The translations under genes and the position numbers were made by a program. From Myxococcota bacterium (lineage in GTDB: Bacteria; Myxococcota_A; Polyangia; HGW-17), in NCBI GenBank assembly GCA_018821305.1, contig JAHJMN010000021.1, positions 17,451-81,450 of the forward strand: 64,000 nucleotides of DNA. The letters run 5' to 3'. Under the pieces are notes generated by a model. The model saw nothing but the letters and a program-made list of their open reading frames with translations. It made no database searches and was not told the origin of the DNA. Shown in pieces: positions 1-9,636 of this stretch (position 1 is its first letter; each line of letters begins with the position of its first letter).

Positions 1-95
1 TAAGGTTCCACCCCGTCAGTCTCACGATGGCAAGTGCACTCACACCCGGTGGAGTCGCAGTTGCAAAGACTGGAGTTTCAAGGAAGATTGATATA

Positions 96-2171
96 TCAGA
101 CGGGCTCATCGGTAAGATTCATATACCACTGATGTGCAAGGCCAAGAACCGTATTTGTAAGAATATAGAGAGTCAGCCCCGATGGCAGGAAAAGCATAAT
201 AAACGTAAACATGATGGGCATGAAATACATCATCATTTTTGCCTGCTGGTTGTCCCCGGAAGTCGGAGTGATCTTCTGCTGAATAAACATCAGAATACCC
301 ATGAGAAGGGGCAGGACGTACATTGGATCTTTAGCAGTCAGATCATCAATCCAACCGAAAAGCGGGGCCCGGTAAAGTTCAACAGAAGCCATAAGTGCAT
401 AATACCAGGCAATATATATCGGCATCTGGAAAAACATGGGTAAACAGCCACCAAGTGGGCTTACTTTATTCTTTTTATACAAAGCCATGATCTCTTCATT
501 CAGTTTGGCTTTATCGTTAGCATATTTTTTCTGAAGAGCATCCATTTCCGGCTTCAGGGCCGCCATTTTTTTCATGCTCCGCATGGATTTGTTGGTCCAG
601 TACAGTGTTGCAAGTTTAATCAAAATCGTCAGGAAAATGATCGCAAGGCCCCAGTTTCCAACAACTTTGAACACAACTTTTAGAAGCCAGATCATTGGTT
701 TACCAATAAGACCGAAAATACCCCAGTCTACACTTTTCTCAAGTCTAGCGCTTTTCTGACCACTGGAATCATTAACACCCTCAATGGGAACTTTTTTGAA
801 TATTTTTACGCTATTTAAATGATCCATATCTTTGGGACCAATAAATATTTTAAGTGGAATGCGTTCTATTTTCCCGGGTTCCAGAACATGCTTCCCAGCC
901 ATATTCATGGTAGTAATTATCAGACCATATCCGGGCATTTCTTTAATGGGAACAGCCCTGAAGGTGCACCCGCCGTCATCTCCTGCGTAGTTTTTAATAG
1001 CTACCATCAGAAAATAACGTGCATCGATTCCAGCCCATCTCGCTCCTTTGGCAAAAACACTGACTTTTGATGGAGTCCTGTTACACTGGCAACTTGAGCA
1101 ACCACTGCAGGCATTCATACAACCTTTGTCAGGCCCCCGGAGGATCATCATATAATTCTGGACCTGAACAGTATCTGCATCAAGGCAGATAGCTTCTTTC
1201 TGAACTGAAACTGGATTAAAAAATCCCCGGTCCGATTCACCCTCATGAAGAGAGGGAACCTGAATTTCCATTTTCTTTACAGCTACTTTGCTGTTACCGG
1301 TGTTTAAAAAATAAACATCAAGGCCTACTTCATAACTGTCGGGATAAAATGTGTATTTCTTTGTTATTTCTACGGGAAAGCATACTTCATCTTTTCCGTT
1401 TAAGTCCGGAGTACAAGGTTTATCCACCTTAAGTTTAAAGGTGATCTCCGTAAATTTTTCATTGTCTTTTCTCCCAATGAATTCCCATTCCTGCTCGAGA
1501 AACAAATTCCTTGAGGCAGAAGAAACGTTAAAAAATGTGTGTTTATCTAAACTTTCCGCATGTTTTTCAATTTTAATATTATTTAAAACGAAAGGAAGAA
1601 AGCTGCTGTGCCAGGTTTTAATCATGTCAATCTGCTGAAGAACTGTCTTTTTCTGACCATTCTTCAAAGCAGACTTTGGAACGGTATGTTCCTTGTATGA
1701 TTTATTTTTAAGGATAAAAGAACTGAAAACGCCCCCATGAATTGTCATCTGGGCTTTATAATATTTATTTTCGTAGAAAAGCTTTGGATTCTTTTCAGTG
1801 GACACATCAGGCCAGGCTGTACGACCGGTATGAAAAACAGGCCCACCTGGAGCCACTTTCGAAAATACACGTGGGTTATTCGCAGCTTCAGGTGCTTTTT
1901 TTATTTCGGGGATTGTTTTCTTCTCTGTCGCATCCTTAGTGGCTTTTGCGGCGACGGGGGTCGAATCCTTAGTGCCAACTGTTTTTAATGCAGAAGAATC
2001 CTGAGTTGGTTTTGCCACGGGTTTTGGAGTCTCACCGGCAGTTTTGGCAGTTTCAACTTTGGCCATGGGAATTTCTTTTTTTACAGGATTGTTTTTATTT
2101 TCCTGACCCATTGCGGCAAATGAGAAAAGCAATATTGACAAAACTGCGCCCCATAAAATGATATTTTTCAT
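96..2171 (-). CDS. yidC: Membrane protein insertase YidC (691 aa if started at the internal ATG at 2171).
   Basis: The C-terminal region carries the conserved YidC/Oxa1 transmembrane core (…GCLPMFFQMPIYIAWYYAL…LPLLMGILMFIQQKITP…MMYFMPIMFTFIMLFLPSGLTLYIL). An N-terminal signal/TM segment MKNIILWGAVLSILLFSF is followed by a large periplasmic domain. The internal ATG at 2171 is preceded by AAGGGTAAAATT, an RBS-like sequence. The gene lies immediately downstream of yidD and rnpA, as in the conserved cluster. Confidence 0.9.
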   Translation of the reverse strand: MKNIILWGAVLSILLFSFAAMGQENKNNPVKKEIPMAKVETAKTAGETPKPVAKPTQDSSALKTVGTKDSTPVAAKATKDATEKKTIPEIKKAPEAANNPRVFSKVAPGGPVFHTGRTAWPDVSTEKNPKLFYENKYYKAQMTIHGGVFSSFILKNKSYKEHTVPKSALKNGQKKTVLQQIDMIKTWHSSFLPFVLNNIKIEKHAESLDKHTFFNVSSASRNLFLEQEWEFIGRKDNEKFTEITFKLKVDKPCTPDLNGKDEVCFPVEITKKYTFYPDSYEVGLDVYFLNTGNSKVAVKKMEIQVPSLHEGESDRGFFNPVSVQKEAICLDADTVQVQNYMMILRGPDKGCMNACSGCSSCQCNRTPSKVSVFAKGARWAGIDARYFLMVAIKNYAGDDGGCTFRAVPIKEMPGYGLIITTMNMAGKHVLEPGKIERIPLKIFIGPKDMDHLNSVKIFKKVPIEGVNDSSGQKSARLEKSVDWGIFGLIGKPMIWLLKVVFKVVGNWGLAIIFLTILIKLATLYWTNKSMRSMKKMAALKPEMDALQKKYANDKAKLNEEIMALYKKNKVSPLGGCLPMFFQMPIYIAWYYALMASVELYRAPLFGWIDDLTAKDPMYVLPLLMGILMFIQQKITPTSGDNQQAKMMMYFMPIMFTFIMLFLPSGLTLYILTNTVLGLAHQWYMNLTDEPV

Positions 2172-2417
2172 AATTTTACCCTTTTGAGATAATTTGAGCG
2201 GTTGTGGGGGAGGATCATAACCACCCTTGGAAAATGGATTACACCGAAGAATTCTGTAGATGCTATAAAGCAATCCAAGGAAAACACCTCTGTTCTTAAT
2301 GGAATCATAAGCATAGTGGCTGCAGGTAGGATAATACCTGCATGTAGGAGCTCGCTTGAGGGGCGAAAGATATACCTGATAAATTCGAATAAGTTTTAAC
2401 AGCAGTCGGCTAAACAA
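2172..2417 (-). CDS. yidD: YidD (membrane protein insertion efficiency factor) domain with a TTG start at 2417. It is in frame with yidC and has no intervening stop codon.
   Basis: The N-terminal 75 aa (MFSRLLLKLIRIYQVYLSPLKRAPTCRYYPTCSHYAYDSIKNRGVFLGLLYSIYRILRCNPFSKGGYDPPP) match the YidD/DUF37 signature (C-R-[FY]-x-P-[ST]-C-S-x-Y…GGYDP). GGAGTAAGGA lies upstream of the TTG as an RBS. The reading frame continues without a stop into YidC. Confidence 0.75.
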
Positions 2418-2796
2418 TCCTTACTCCCGGTATCCTGGACTCCAGAATCGAAATAAAATCACTGATCTCAGTAACCAGTTTGGCAAATGGGGTATCAATT
2501 ATCCTGGTTTTAGGCAGGCATACGATATCCACGCTCAGGCTAATGATTTGAGGAATGTTCAACCGGACAGCCTCTTTCATCCGGCGTCGTATTCTATTTC
2601 TCCTGACAGCGTTGCCATTTTTTCGAGATACGGTAAATCCGCACCTGAAATGTTTCAGTTCATTTAATCTGTACAGGAAAATGAAATTTTCCGTTGAAAT
2701 GCGACTGCCGGCTGACTGAACCTGAAGAAAATCCGCTCTTTTCAGTAACCGAAAGGATCGGGGAAAGCGAAGATTTGTCCCTCCCGAACCATTCAA
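2410..2796 (-). CDS. rnpA: Ribonuclease P protein component RnpA.
   Basis: The protein is 128 aa, basic, and contains an FTVSRKNGNAVRRNRIRRRMKE-type motif typical of RnpA. It sits between rpmH and yidD. Its stop overlaps the yidD start by 8 nt. Confidence 0.85.
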   Translation of the reverse strand: MNGSGGTNLRFPRSFRLLKRADFLQVQSAGSRISTENFIFLYRLNELKHFRCGFTVSRKNGNAVRRNRIRRRMKEAVRLNIPQIISLSVDIVCLPKTRIIDTPFAKLVTEISDFISILESRIPGVRIV

Positions 2797-2808
2797 GATA
2801 CTGCCCCG

Positions 2809-2958
2809 CTACTTACTGAATATAGAAACAGTGAGGGATTTACGCCCTTTGGCTCGTCTACGGGCAAGAACTTTACGGCCGTTTTTAGTTGACATTCTTT
2901 TGCGAAAACCATGGGTTCTCATTCTTGATTTACAGTGTGGTTGATAAGGTCTTTTCAT
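2809..2958 (-). CDS. rpmH: 50S ribosomal protein L34.
   Basis: The internal ATG gives [44 protein letters not shown], a near-consensus L34. A GGAGGA RBS is present. The upstream 27 codons of the listed ORF are a spurious extension. Confidence 0.9.
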   Translation of the reverse strand: MKRPYQPHCKSRMRTHGFRKRMSTKNGRKVLARRRAKGRKSLTVSIFSK

Positions 2959-3193
2959 AATATTCCTCCGAAAAACAAATCGTATCCTGCCCTGATTTTT
3001 CAGTAGCAGTCGATCTTCAAGCTGAAGAGCAATTAGCATCTCTTTTTCTCAAAGTCAATGAAAACCTGACAAGCAACTTCCTTTTCCGACGGATTTTCTA
3101 AACAATGACAGGCGAAAATAAATTAAGTTAACTCGGAAATAGATACCCCGCAGTCGGAGGAAAGTAAAAACATTTGTTATATTACGTCCAACA

Positions 3194-3348
3194 TATATAG
3201 TTACTGTCCTGAAATACCGAAAATCAAATTTTTTGCCCAATTTTTGCTCAGGACAGTAACCGCAAGGTGTTGAAAATATTACTAGTGGCCTGTTAGAAAT
3301 TTTAATAAATTTCTTCGCGAAGCGAATTACAGGACACTAACTATATAG
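3194..3348 (+). mobile_element. Family-1 MITE-like intergenic element, copy A.
   Basis: The element is ~150 bp with terminal inverted repeats TAGTTACTGTCCTG … CAGGACACTAACTA. It carries an internal 13-bp stem GTTACTGTCCTGA/TCAGGACAGTAAC, the palindromes AGGATTTTTAATAAAATCCT and CTTCGCGAAG, and is flanked by TATATA on both sides. It is near-identical to copies at ~24979, 32325 (x2), 42968, 43716 and 53482. Confidence 0.8.
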
Positions 3349-3664
3349 AGATTTTCCGTAAAAATTCTGAATTGATATCCCTCAAGTTTCGTTATTTATT
3401 GACCGTGGCGATTTATAGACTTAATATCTGGTTTAATTTGTCTCTAACCAGAAATTTGGTGAGTAAAAAATCAGCAATTTTCAAGTTGGAGAAAGGCTCT
3501 GATTCTTTATTATTTTTATTATTTTTGTCCGTTTAAATATATTTTTCCTATAGCGAATCTACGGGCAAAGACAAGATAAAGTACTTTCGTATCTTTATAA
3601 CTTTCAAGGTATTGTATACCTTATTTAATTCTTTCAGATTACTGAAAGAACTCCGGAGGAAAAT

Positions 3665-4015
3665 ATGTTCAGAGAGCACCTGAAAAAGCTCGTTGAAAAT
3701 GTTGAAGGTGCAAAAGCCGCGTTGCTCATGGAGTTTGATGGAATACAAGTGGACAGTTACACTTCCGGAGATATGGATATCATTACTCTGGGGACAGAGT
3801 TTTCTCAACTCATGACTCATGTTAAAAGAACTGCTTCAATACTTGAAGTTGGTGGTCTTGAAGAAATGATGGTAAAGACTGAAGATCTGATACTTGTATT
3901 CAGAGTCGTAAATATTGATTATTTTCTGGTCGTTGCTATGACCTCCGCCGGAAATTTTGGTAAGGCCCGATTTGTATTACGCCTTACGGTTCCCCGCATG
4001 TTGGAGGAATTTTAA
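3665..4015 (+). CDS. Roadblock/LC7 (MglB-like) domain protein, 116 aa.
   Basis: The size and sequence pattern (…AALLMEFDGIQVDSYTSGD…LEVGGLEEMMVKTEDLILVFRVVNIDYFLVVAMTSAGNFGKARFVL) fit Roadblock/LC7/MglB. No adjacent MglA-like GTPase gene is present. Confidence 0.7.
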   Translation: MFREHLKKLVENVEGAKAALLMEFDGIQVDSYTSGDMDIITLGTEFSQLMTHVKRTASILEVGGLEEMMVKTEDLILVFRVVNIDYFLVVAMTSAGNFGKARFVLRLTVPRMLEEF

Positions 4016-4239
4016 GGATAATGGTGATTTTAAGATCACTTCCTTGATTTTTCAGGAACAAAGCCGATTTTTAATCTACAGCAATAATATTGCTGTTGGT
4101 TCATTAGGGATTGTCCTGAAACACAGTTTTTCAATTTTCGTCGGTTTCAGACGCTGCGGTATGGCAAATTTGATGTATCTTTAATAAAATTAAGATACTT
4201 TCATGATGCCATCAGAGTTTTTTTAAGGAGTTTGGCCAC

Positions 4240-7185
4240 TTGGCTTCTATTAATAAAGATAAGATCGCGGAAACTGCGCAGAAATACCTTAAGAAAAATC
4301 AGTTCAGTAAAGCTATTGCGGAACTGAAAAAAATCGTTGACGCAGATCCTTCTGACATGAGGTATTGGAAAAAAATTGGGGATATCCAAGTTCGTGCTGG
4401 GGACAAAGATGGGGCAGTAGAAACTTATCTCAAAGTCAGCGATGATTTCACTAAGCAAGGATTTTACTCAAAAGCCTTAGCAATTTTGCAACAAATCCAG
4501 TCAATGGATCCAAATATTCCTGAGGTATATCTTAAACTTGCCGACGTATATATCGCTACTGAGTTCACGCCGGATGCTTTATATCAACTGGAAAAGCTCT
4601 GCAGGATTTATGAAAACAAAGGTGATATCGACAACCATTTGATTGCCCTGAATAAAATGGCGGATATCGATCCGTCAAAAGTCATTCACAGGGTCCATCT
4701 TGCAGAAACCTACAGCAAACTCGGACGAAAGCGGGAAGCTGCTCAAAATTTCTCTAAAGTAGCTGATTTTCTCTTCGCAGAAGGAAAAGATAGTGATTTC
4801 ATAAAGGTTGCTGAAAGGCTCCTCTGGCACGATCCCGACGACGCTAAAGTTATAAAACGACTTGCCAATGCGTACCTGAAAGTTGGCAATTCTCAGAAAA
4901 TCATGAAGCGGTTGCTCCAGATCTACCAGAATAATCCGGATGATACAGAAACCCTTCACTTGCTTGCTCGCGTATTTATGGACTCTGATAAAAAAGAGAA
5001 GGCTGTTTTTGTTTATAAGGAATTGGCAAAACTTCACTCTCATATGGGTAAAAATGATGAAGCGGAAGCAATATACAAGCGAATTCTTGAAATAGACGAA
5101 GACGATCCGGATGCCAGAAAATTTATATATGGGGAGCAGGAGATCTCCAATATAGAGGAAATTTCTGGGGTTGAAGAAATTTCCGGAATTGAAGAAATGC
5201 CCGGTGAGGATAGTGATGTCCATGAAATGGGGGACGATCTTGAAGAAATAGAAGAAGACGACCTGATTATGATGGAGGAAAGCAAGGAGAACGAAGATCA
5301 TAAACTCCTTGACGAAAGTGAGGCTTTCCTGCGCTATGGGCTGGTCGAAAAAGCTGTAGATAATCTTAAAATAATATCAAACAAAGATTCCGAAAGGTTT
5401 TTCATTGTTTCCAAAGAGATCGCAGTCAAAAAAGGGCAAAAAAATGAAGCCCTTGAGCTTCTCAAGAGACTTTCAAATTTATCCTTCAATACTGATAGAA
5501 AGAAATCAGGAGATTTTGCATCGGAAGCTCTTGAAATTGAGCCTGGTATCCAGTGGGCGATGGATATTATTAATTCACAAACGGCAAGAAATAAGCCGAT
5601 GACGACCATGGAAATTGCTGCGACGCTTGATCTTGACGAAGCTCTAGACATGCTTGATGAAATTGGCGCACCGGGAGATTCAATGGAGTCAGAATTGCTC
5701 CTTGATGAATCCTGGACGACTCAAGCTCAAGTCCACAGTGATGATGAAATCAAAGAGGCTATTTCTAAAAAAGACAGCAAACCCGTTGAAGACCAGTTTT
5801 CTGATGATGAAGATTTCGAAAAAATGCTTGTAGCGTTGAAAGGTTTGACCACGGGAGAAATTCCTGTGTACGACGACGACTCTCTTGTAGATGATGAGGA
5901 TTCGGATTCACAAAATGATATCGTTCTGGACACTTCCCATTTTGGTGTTGATGATTTCAGCATGGAAATGGATGAGTTGGCCGATTTGCAGGAGGCCAGC
6001 CAGAGTTTCATTCGTATTAGAGAACTTTCTCAGGACGAAATAAGGCTGGACAGCATGCATTCACCTCAACCTCAGATAGAGGTTGAAGAATCAAGTCTTA
6101 CGGCATCAGCTATACCGGAAATTGATGACAACGAAGCATTTGATGATTTCAATTTTGGTGTTTTCGAAGAACCTTCCGGAAAAATTGAAGCACCTGCTGC
6201 TACCAGTGAAAAAGCTCCTGGAGAATTCGGGTTTGAACCAACTCTGGACAGCTATGAAAAACTTATGAATTTCTCCGAAAGGGTAAAGAGTGAACTTTCG
6301 GGATTCGAACATAATGAAGATACGGGAAGTGAAAAGGAAGCCCCTTCTAAAGCGATTCTTACTCCCGAACCTGTACCACTTTCAGACGAGGCTCTTGAGG
6401 CACTTAATGAGATTGATTTTTTTATAGAAACGGATCTCATTGATGATGCACTTGCCGCAGCACAGGAGCTTTTCGCATCCAATCCGCATCCCGATGTAAA
6501 AGCTAAACTAAAACAAGTACTTGAACTTATCGGGGCGGACGATGAAGAAGAGCATACCCCGGTTGTTGCTATTCCGAATATTCCGGAAGCAATGCCCGGC
6601 AGAACATCAAATGCTGAACCTGATATTAGTGAATTTGAGCCTGACATTGAACTGAACCTTGGGGAGCTTTCTTCAGATGAAAATCTTGATTTGAATCTTG
6701 ATTTGAATCTTGATTTCAATGAAGAAGAAGTGACAGCCATTCAGGGTTTGGATCTTCTCAAGTCTGGGATACCTGAGAATGCATCTCGTGTTGAGGAGAG
6801 TGTTAGAATCGAAACCGGCTCTGCAATTGGAGACGCAAATACTCACTTTGACTTAGGTCTTGCTTATAAAGAAATGGGTCTGACAAATCAAGCGATAGAA
6901 GAGTTTAAGCATGCCATGGAATCCCCCGGGGCAAAAATCAAATCCATGATCATGATCTCCAAGTGTCATCTTGAACTTGGAGAAAAAATGAAAGCTTCCA
7001 ATGAACTGAAAGCTGCTCTCCACAGTGATTCGATAAATCCTGATGAAGAGTTGGATATTTATTTCGAATTGGGTAAAATCTACCTCGAGATGAACGACAA
7101 GGAAGAGGCTTCCTATTATTTGAAAAAAGTAGTCAGAAAAGACCCTGATTATCGTGGAGTTAATAAACTTCTAACTGAGCTATAA
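4240..7185 (+). CDS. Large TPR-repeat protein (981 aa) with N- and C-terminal TPR blocks and a long acidic, repeat-containing disordered middle. The start codon is TTG.
   Basis: TPR-like helical repeats are visible at both ends. The middle region is highly acidic, with short tandem repeats (EEISxIEEISGVEEISGIEE; NLDLNLDLNLDFN). An AAGGAG RBS lies 9 nt upstream of the TTG at 4240. Confidence 0.75.
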   Translation: MASINKDKIAETAQKYLKKNQFSKAIAELKKIVDADPSDMRYWKKIGDIQVRAGDKDGAVETYLKVSDDFTKQGFYSKALAILQQIQSMDPNIPEVYLKLADVYIATEFTPDALYQLEKLCRIYENKGDIDNHLIALNKMADIDPSKVIHRVHLAETYSKLGRKREAAQNFSKVADFLFAEGKDSDFIKVAERLLWHDPDDAKVIKRLANAYLKVGNSQKIMKRLLQIYQNNPDDTETLHLLARVFMDSDKKEKAVFVYKELAKLHSHMGKNDEAEAIYKRILEIDEDDPDARKFIYGEQEISNIEEISGVEEISGIEEMPGEDSDVHEMGDDLEEIEEDDLIMMEESKENEDHKLLDESEAFLRYGLVEKAVDNLKIISNKDSERFFIVSKEIAVKKGQKNEALELLKRLSNLSFNTDRKKSGDFASEALEIEPGIQWAMDIINSQTARNKPMTTMEIAATLDLDEALDMLDEIGAPGDSMESELLLDESWTTQAQVHSDDEIKEAISKKDSKPVEDQFSDDEDFEKMLVALKGLTTGEIPVYDDDSLVDDEDSDSQNDIVLDTSHFGVDDFSMEMDELADLQEASQSFIRIRELSQDEIRLDSMHSPQPQIEVEESSLTASAIPEIDDNEAFDDFNFGVFEEPSGKIEAPAATSEKAPGEFGFEPTLDSYEKLMNFSERVKSELSGFEHNEDTGSEKEAPSKAILTPEPVPLSDEALEALNEIDFFIETDLIDDALAAAQELFASNPHPDVKAKLKQVLELIGADDEEEHTPVVAIPNIPEAMPGRTSNAEPDISEFEPDIELNLGELSSDENLDLNLDLNLDFNEEEVTAIQGLDLLKSGIPENASRVEESVRIETGSAIGDANTHFDLGLAYKEMGLTNQAIEEFKHAMESPGAKIKSMIMISKCHLELGEKMKASNELKAALHSDSINPDEELDIYFELGKIYLEMNDKEEASYYLKKVVRKDPDYRGVNKLLTEL

Positions 7186-7284
7186 AAATCAGGTCTTATC
7201 ATTTTGAGTTTTATAAAAAGTACTTCTTTTAATATTATACTGGTCACCAGTATATATAATAACCTGAAACCTTAGGAGTCGGCG

Positions 7285-8661
7285 ATGGCTGGAGAAACTA
7301 TCCTGGTAATCGATGACAGCCCTACTATTATTAAAGTAGTTGAACTTGTCCTTACAAAAGCCGGTTACAAAATAATCAGCGCATCTGATGGAGTGGAAGG
7401 GATTGAGAAAGCCAGAGAAGAGAAACCTGACATGGTTCTTCTTGACTTTGTTATGCCTAAAATGAATGGATATCAGGTTTGTAAACACTTTTCAGAAAGT
7501 CCTGACCTTAGCTCTATTCCAGTAGTCCTTATGAGCGCAAAAGGCGAGCAAGTTGGTGAGCGATTTGTCAAGGTCATGGGCATTGTTGATTATATTACTA
7601 AACCATTCAGTCCTGAAGCCATTACTGCCGTTGTCTCTCACACTCTATCCAGGGGAGCAGAGATAACTGAGGAACCGGTTATTCCTCAATCTCGTGAAGA
7701 AGTTGCAGAAGAAGCAGATTTTGAAGCAAGAGTCTGGAAACAGGCCCTTGCCAAATTGAGAAATTCCCTTGCAAGGACCATTGGAAGTTCGGTCGCATCT
7801 ATTGACTCAGGCTTCTCAGACGATGAAACACTATTTAATGAAATAAAAAATACTCTCTCGGATCAATTCCTTGAAGGCTGCCTCGGCGAACTCCGGTCTC
7901 ATTCGCCTAAATTAGCTGCCGAATCCGACAGTGGTATGACAGGAGATCTTTCCATAATTCCCGTTTCTGAAATATTTTTCCTCCTTCAGAATCAACGGCA
8001 GACAGGAATTCTTACTGTAAGTAAAAACTCGACAAAGGTGGATATTTATTTTAATGGAGGAAGGATAGATCTTGCCTCCGCTGCAGGTATCAGTGAAGAG
8101 TACCTTCTTGGTCGCTACGTTATAGATCTTGGACTCATGTCAAGAAACGAAATGGATGAATTCCTCAGTATTCAGGAAAACCGAAATCTTCTTGGTCTTC
8201 AACTCGTAAAACAATCAAAACTTACGGAAACCGAAGTAAAACAGGCAATGACTCTTCAAACCAGAGAGCTTTGCTATGAACTTCTCCGATGGAACAACGG
8301 CCGATTCGCATATCGCTTATGCAAGCCTCTTCCAGCAGTTGCTATTGAGGCGTCTCTGGGTTTAAATGTAGACTCTATTCTTATAGAAGGCTTTAGAAAA
8401 GTTGATGAATGGCATGTCATTGAAAGAGAAATAGATGATTTTGACATTGTTCTCCTTCGCAATGATGATGCCATCGTGCAGATTGGAAGACATAAACTTG
8501 AGCAGGATGAACTGACTGTTTTAGAATTAATAAATGGCAGAAATACGATCAGAGATATTATTCGAAAAAGCAGAATGGGCTCTTTTGACGTTACAAAGAT
8601 GCTCTATAGGCTTTTATCCTCTAAACTTGTGAGGAAAAGGGTTTCAGCTGTTGCAACGTGA
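7285..8661 (+). CDS. Response regulator with an N-terminal REC domain and a C-terminal DUF4388 domain.
   Basis: The REC signature is present (ILVIDDSPT…DMVLLDFVMPKMNGYQV…ITKPF). The C-terminal region has the DUF4388-like pattern (DLSIIPVSEIFFLLQNQRQTGILTVSKNSTKVDIYFNGGRI). Confidence 0.8.
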   Translation: MAGETILVIDDSPTIIKVVELVLTKAGYKIISASDGVEGIEKAREEKPDMVLLDFVMPKMNGYQVCKHFSESPDLSSIPVVLMSAKGEQVGERFVKVMGIVDYITKPFSPEAITAVVSHTLSRGAEITEEPVIPQSREEVAEEADFEARVWKQALAKLRNSLARTIGSSVASIDSGFSDDETLFNEIKNTLSDQFLEGCLGELRSHSPKLAAESDSGMTGDLSIIPVSEIFFLLQNQRQTGILTVSKNSTKVDIYFNGGRIDLASAAGISEEYLLGRYVIDLGLMSRNEMDEFLSIQENRNLLGLQLVKQSKLTETEVKQAMTLQTRELCYELLRWNNGRFAYRLCKPLPAVAIEASLGLNVDSILIEGFRKVDEWHVIEREIDDFDIVLLRNDDAIVQIGRHKLEQDELTVLELINGRNTIRDIIRKSRMGSFDVTKMLYRLLSSKLVRKRVSAVAT

Positions 8662-8822
8662 TAAAAATAGCGTATTATCTGTTGCGGTTGTATTGAACCT
8701 TTGTTTTTTTTTAAAATATGCAAACCGGATTCTGGCAATTCGGATTTTGCAAACTTGTTGCGTGTCAAAACGCACATACCGGAGATACATTTTTCTTCCG
8801 GGTTAATTTAAGGATTCGGATC

Positions 8823-9194
8823 ATGGCAACTATTCTAATAGCTGATGATTCACCAACTTCCAGAAAAGCCATCACATCTGTGCTGGAACCTATGGGACAC
8901 GAGATTATTCAGGCATTTGACGGTGCCGAAGCTTGGGATAAAATTCAGTCAATTAAGCCTGACATTGTTATTCTCGATATTCTCATGCCCAAAATTGGAG
9001 GCTTTGAACTATCAAGGCAAATCAAATCAACGGTTTCCCTTTCTCACATTGGAATTATTATCCTTACTTCGTTGAAACAACAAACGAACAAATACTGGGG
9101 GCTCAAGCAGGGAGCTGATTACTATCTCACAAAACCTGCTCATCCTCAGGAACTCAAGTCTTGTATTGAAACTCTCATGGAGAACAACAATTGA
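8823..9194 (+). CDS. CheY-like single-domain response regulator (124 aa from the internal ATG at 8823).
   Basis: MATILIADDSPTSRKAITSVL…DIVILDILMPKIGGFEL…YLTKP has the canonical REC fold residues. The upstream 35 codons of the listed ORF are probably not translated. Confidence 0.8.
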   Translation: MATILIADDSPTSRKAITSVLEPMGHEIIQAFDGAEAWDKIQSIKPDIVILDILMPKIGGFELSRQIKSTVSLSHIGIIILTSLKQQTNKYWGLKQGADYYLTKPAHPQELKSCIETLMENNN

Positions 9195-9628
9195 GCACTT
9201 TTCGGGTAGTAATCTTCCGTATCGGAGATAAATTTGCCGCGGTGGAAGAGAAGTACTCGGAAGAATTCTTTGTCCTTAATCAAATTACCAGAATCCCGGT
9301 ATCTCCAGCATACATGGGAAACGTTGTAAATTGGCAGGGCAGCATTATTCCAGTCATTGATATCGCTCCCTTTTTTGGAGATCCTGTACGCCCGGTTGTT
9401 TCAAAAATGATCGCCCTTGCCATCAACACCACGGGGAAAGAAAGTGTTTTTTCTATCGTCACCGATGGAATAGACACAGTAAGTGAATTGGAAGAATCAG
9501 AAGAGATAAAAAATGATCTTCCATTTTTTGCTTCAAGTCTGTTAAAGTTCAAGGATGAGGAAATTTTTCTTGTTTCACCATTTAAAATAGAAAAGTTTAT
9601 CATAAACCATTTGAAAAAGATAATCTGA
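9191..9628 (+). CDS. CheW-like coupling protein.
   Basis: The 145-aa protein has a CheW-like pattern (FRIGDKFAAVEEKYSEEFFVLNQITRIPVSPAYMGNVVNWQGSIIPVIDIAPFFG). Its start overlaps the CheY stop (ATGA). Confidence 0.7.
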   Translation: MSTFRVVIFRIGDKFAAVEEKYSEEFFVLNQITRIPVSPAYMGNVVNWQGSIIPVIDIAPFFGDPVRPVVSKMIALAINTTGKESVFSIVTDGIDTVSELEESEEIKNDLPFFASSLLKFKDEEIFLVSPFKIEKFIINHLKKII

Positions 9629-9636
9629 GTAATAAA

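Noticed and set aside
27-443. A 138-aa ORF on the plus strand.
   Set aside because: It lies entirely antisense within the well-supported yidC coding region. It has no RBS and is His/Lys-rich nonsense. It is a frame artefact.
2959-3664. A possible oriC/DnaA-box region, since rpmH-rnpA-yidC usually neighbours dnaA.
   Set aside because: No dnaA gene is present in the window. I could not find TTATCCACA-like boxes in this 700-bp AT-rich spacer. It is better explained as divergent promoters plus MITE copy A. A genome-wide GC-skew analysis would be needed to locate the origin.
5040-6740. Several minus-strand ORFs encoding Ser-rich proteins (5040-5285, 5334-5651, 5727-6011, 6252-6740).
   Set aside because: They are antisense to the GAA/GAT-rich acidic region of the TPR gene. 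Their TCx-rich translations are a compositional mirror artefact.
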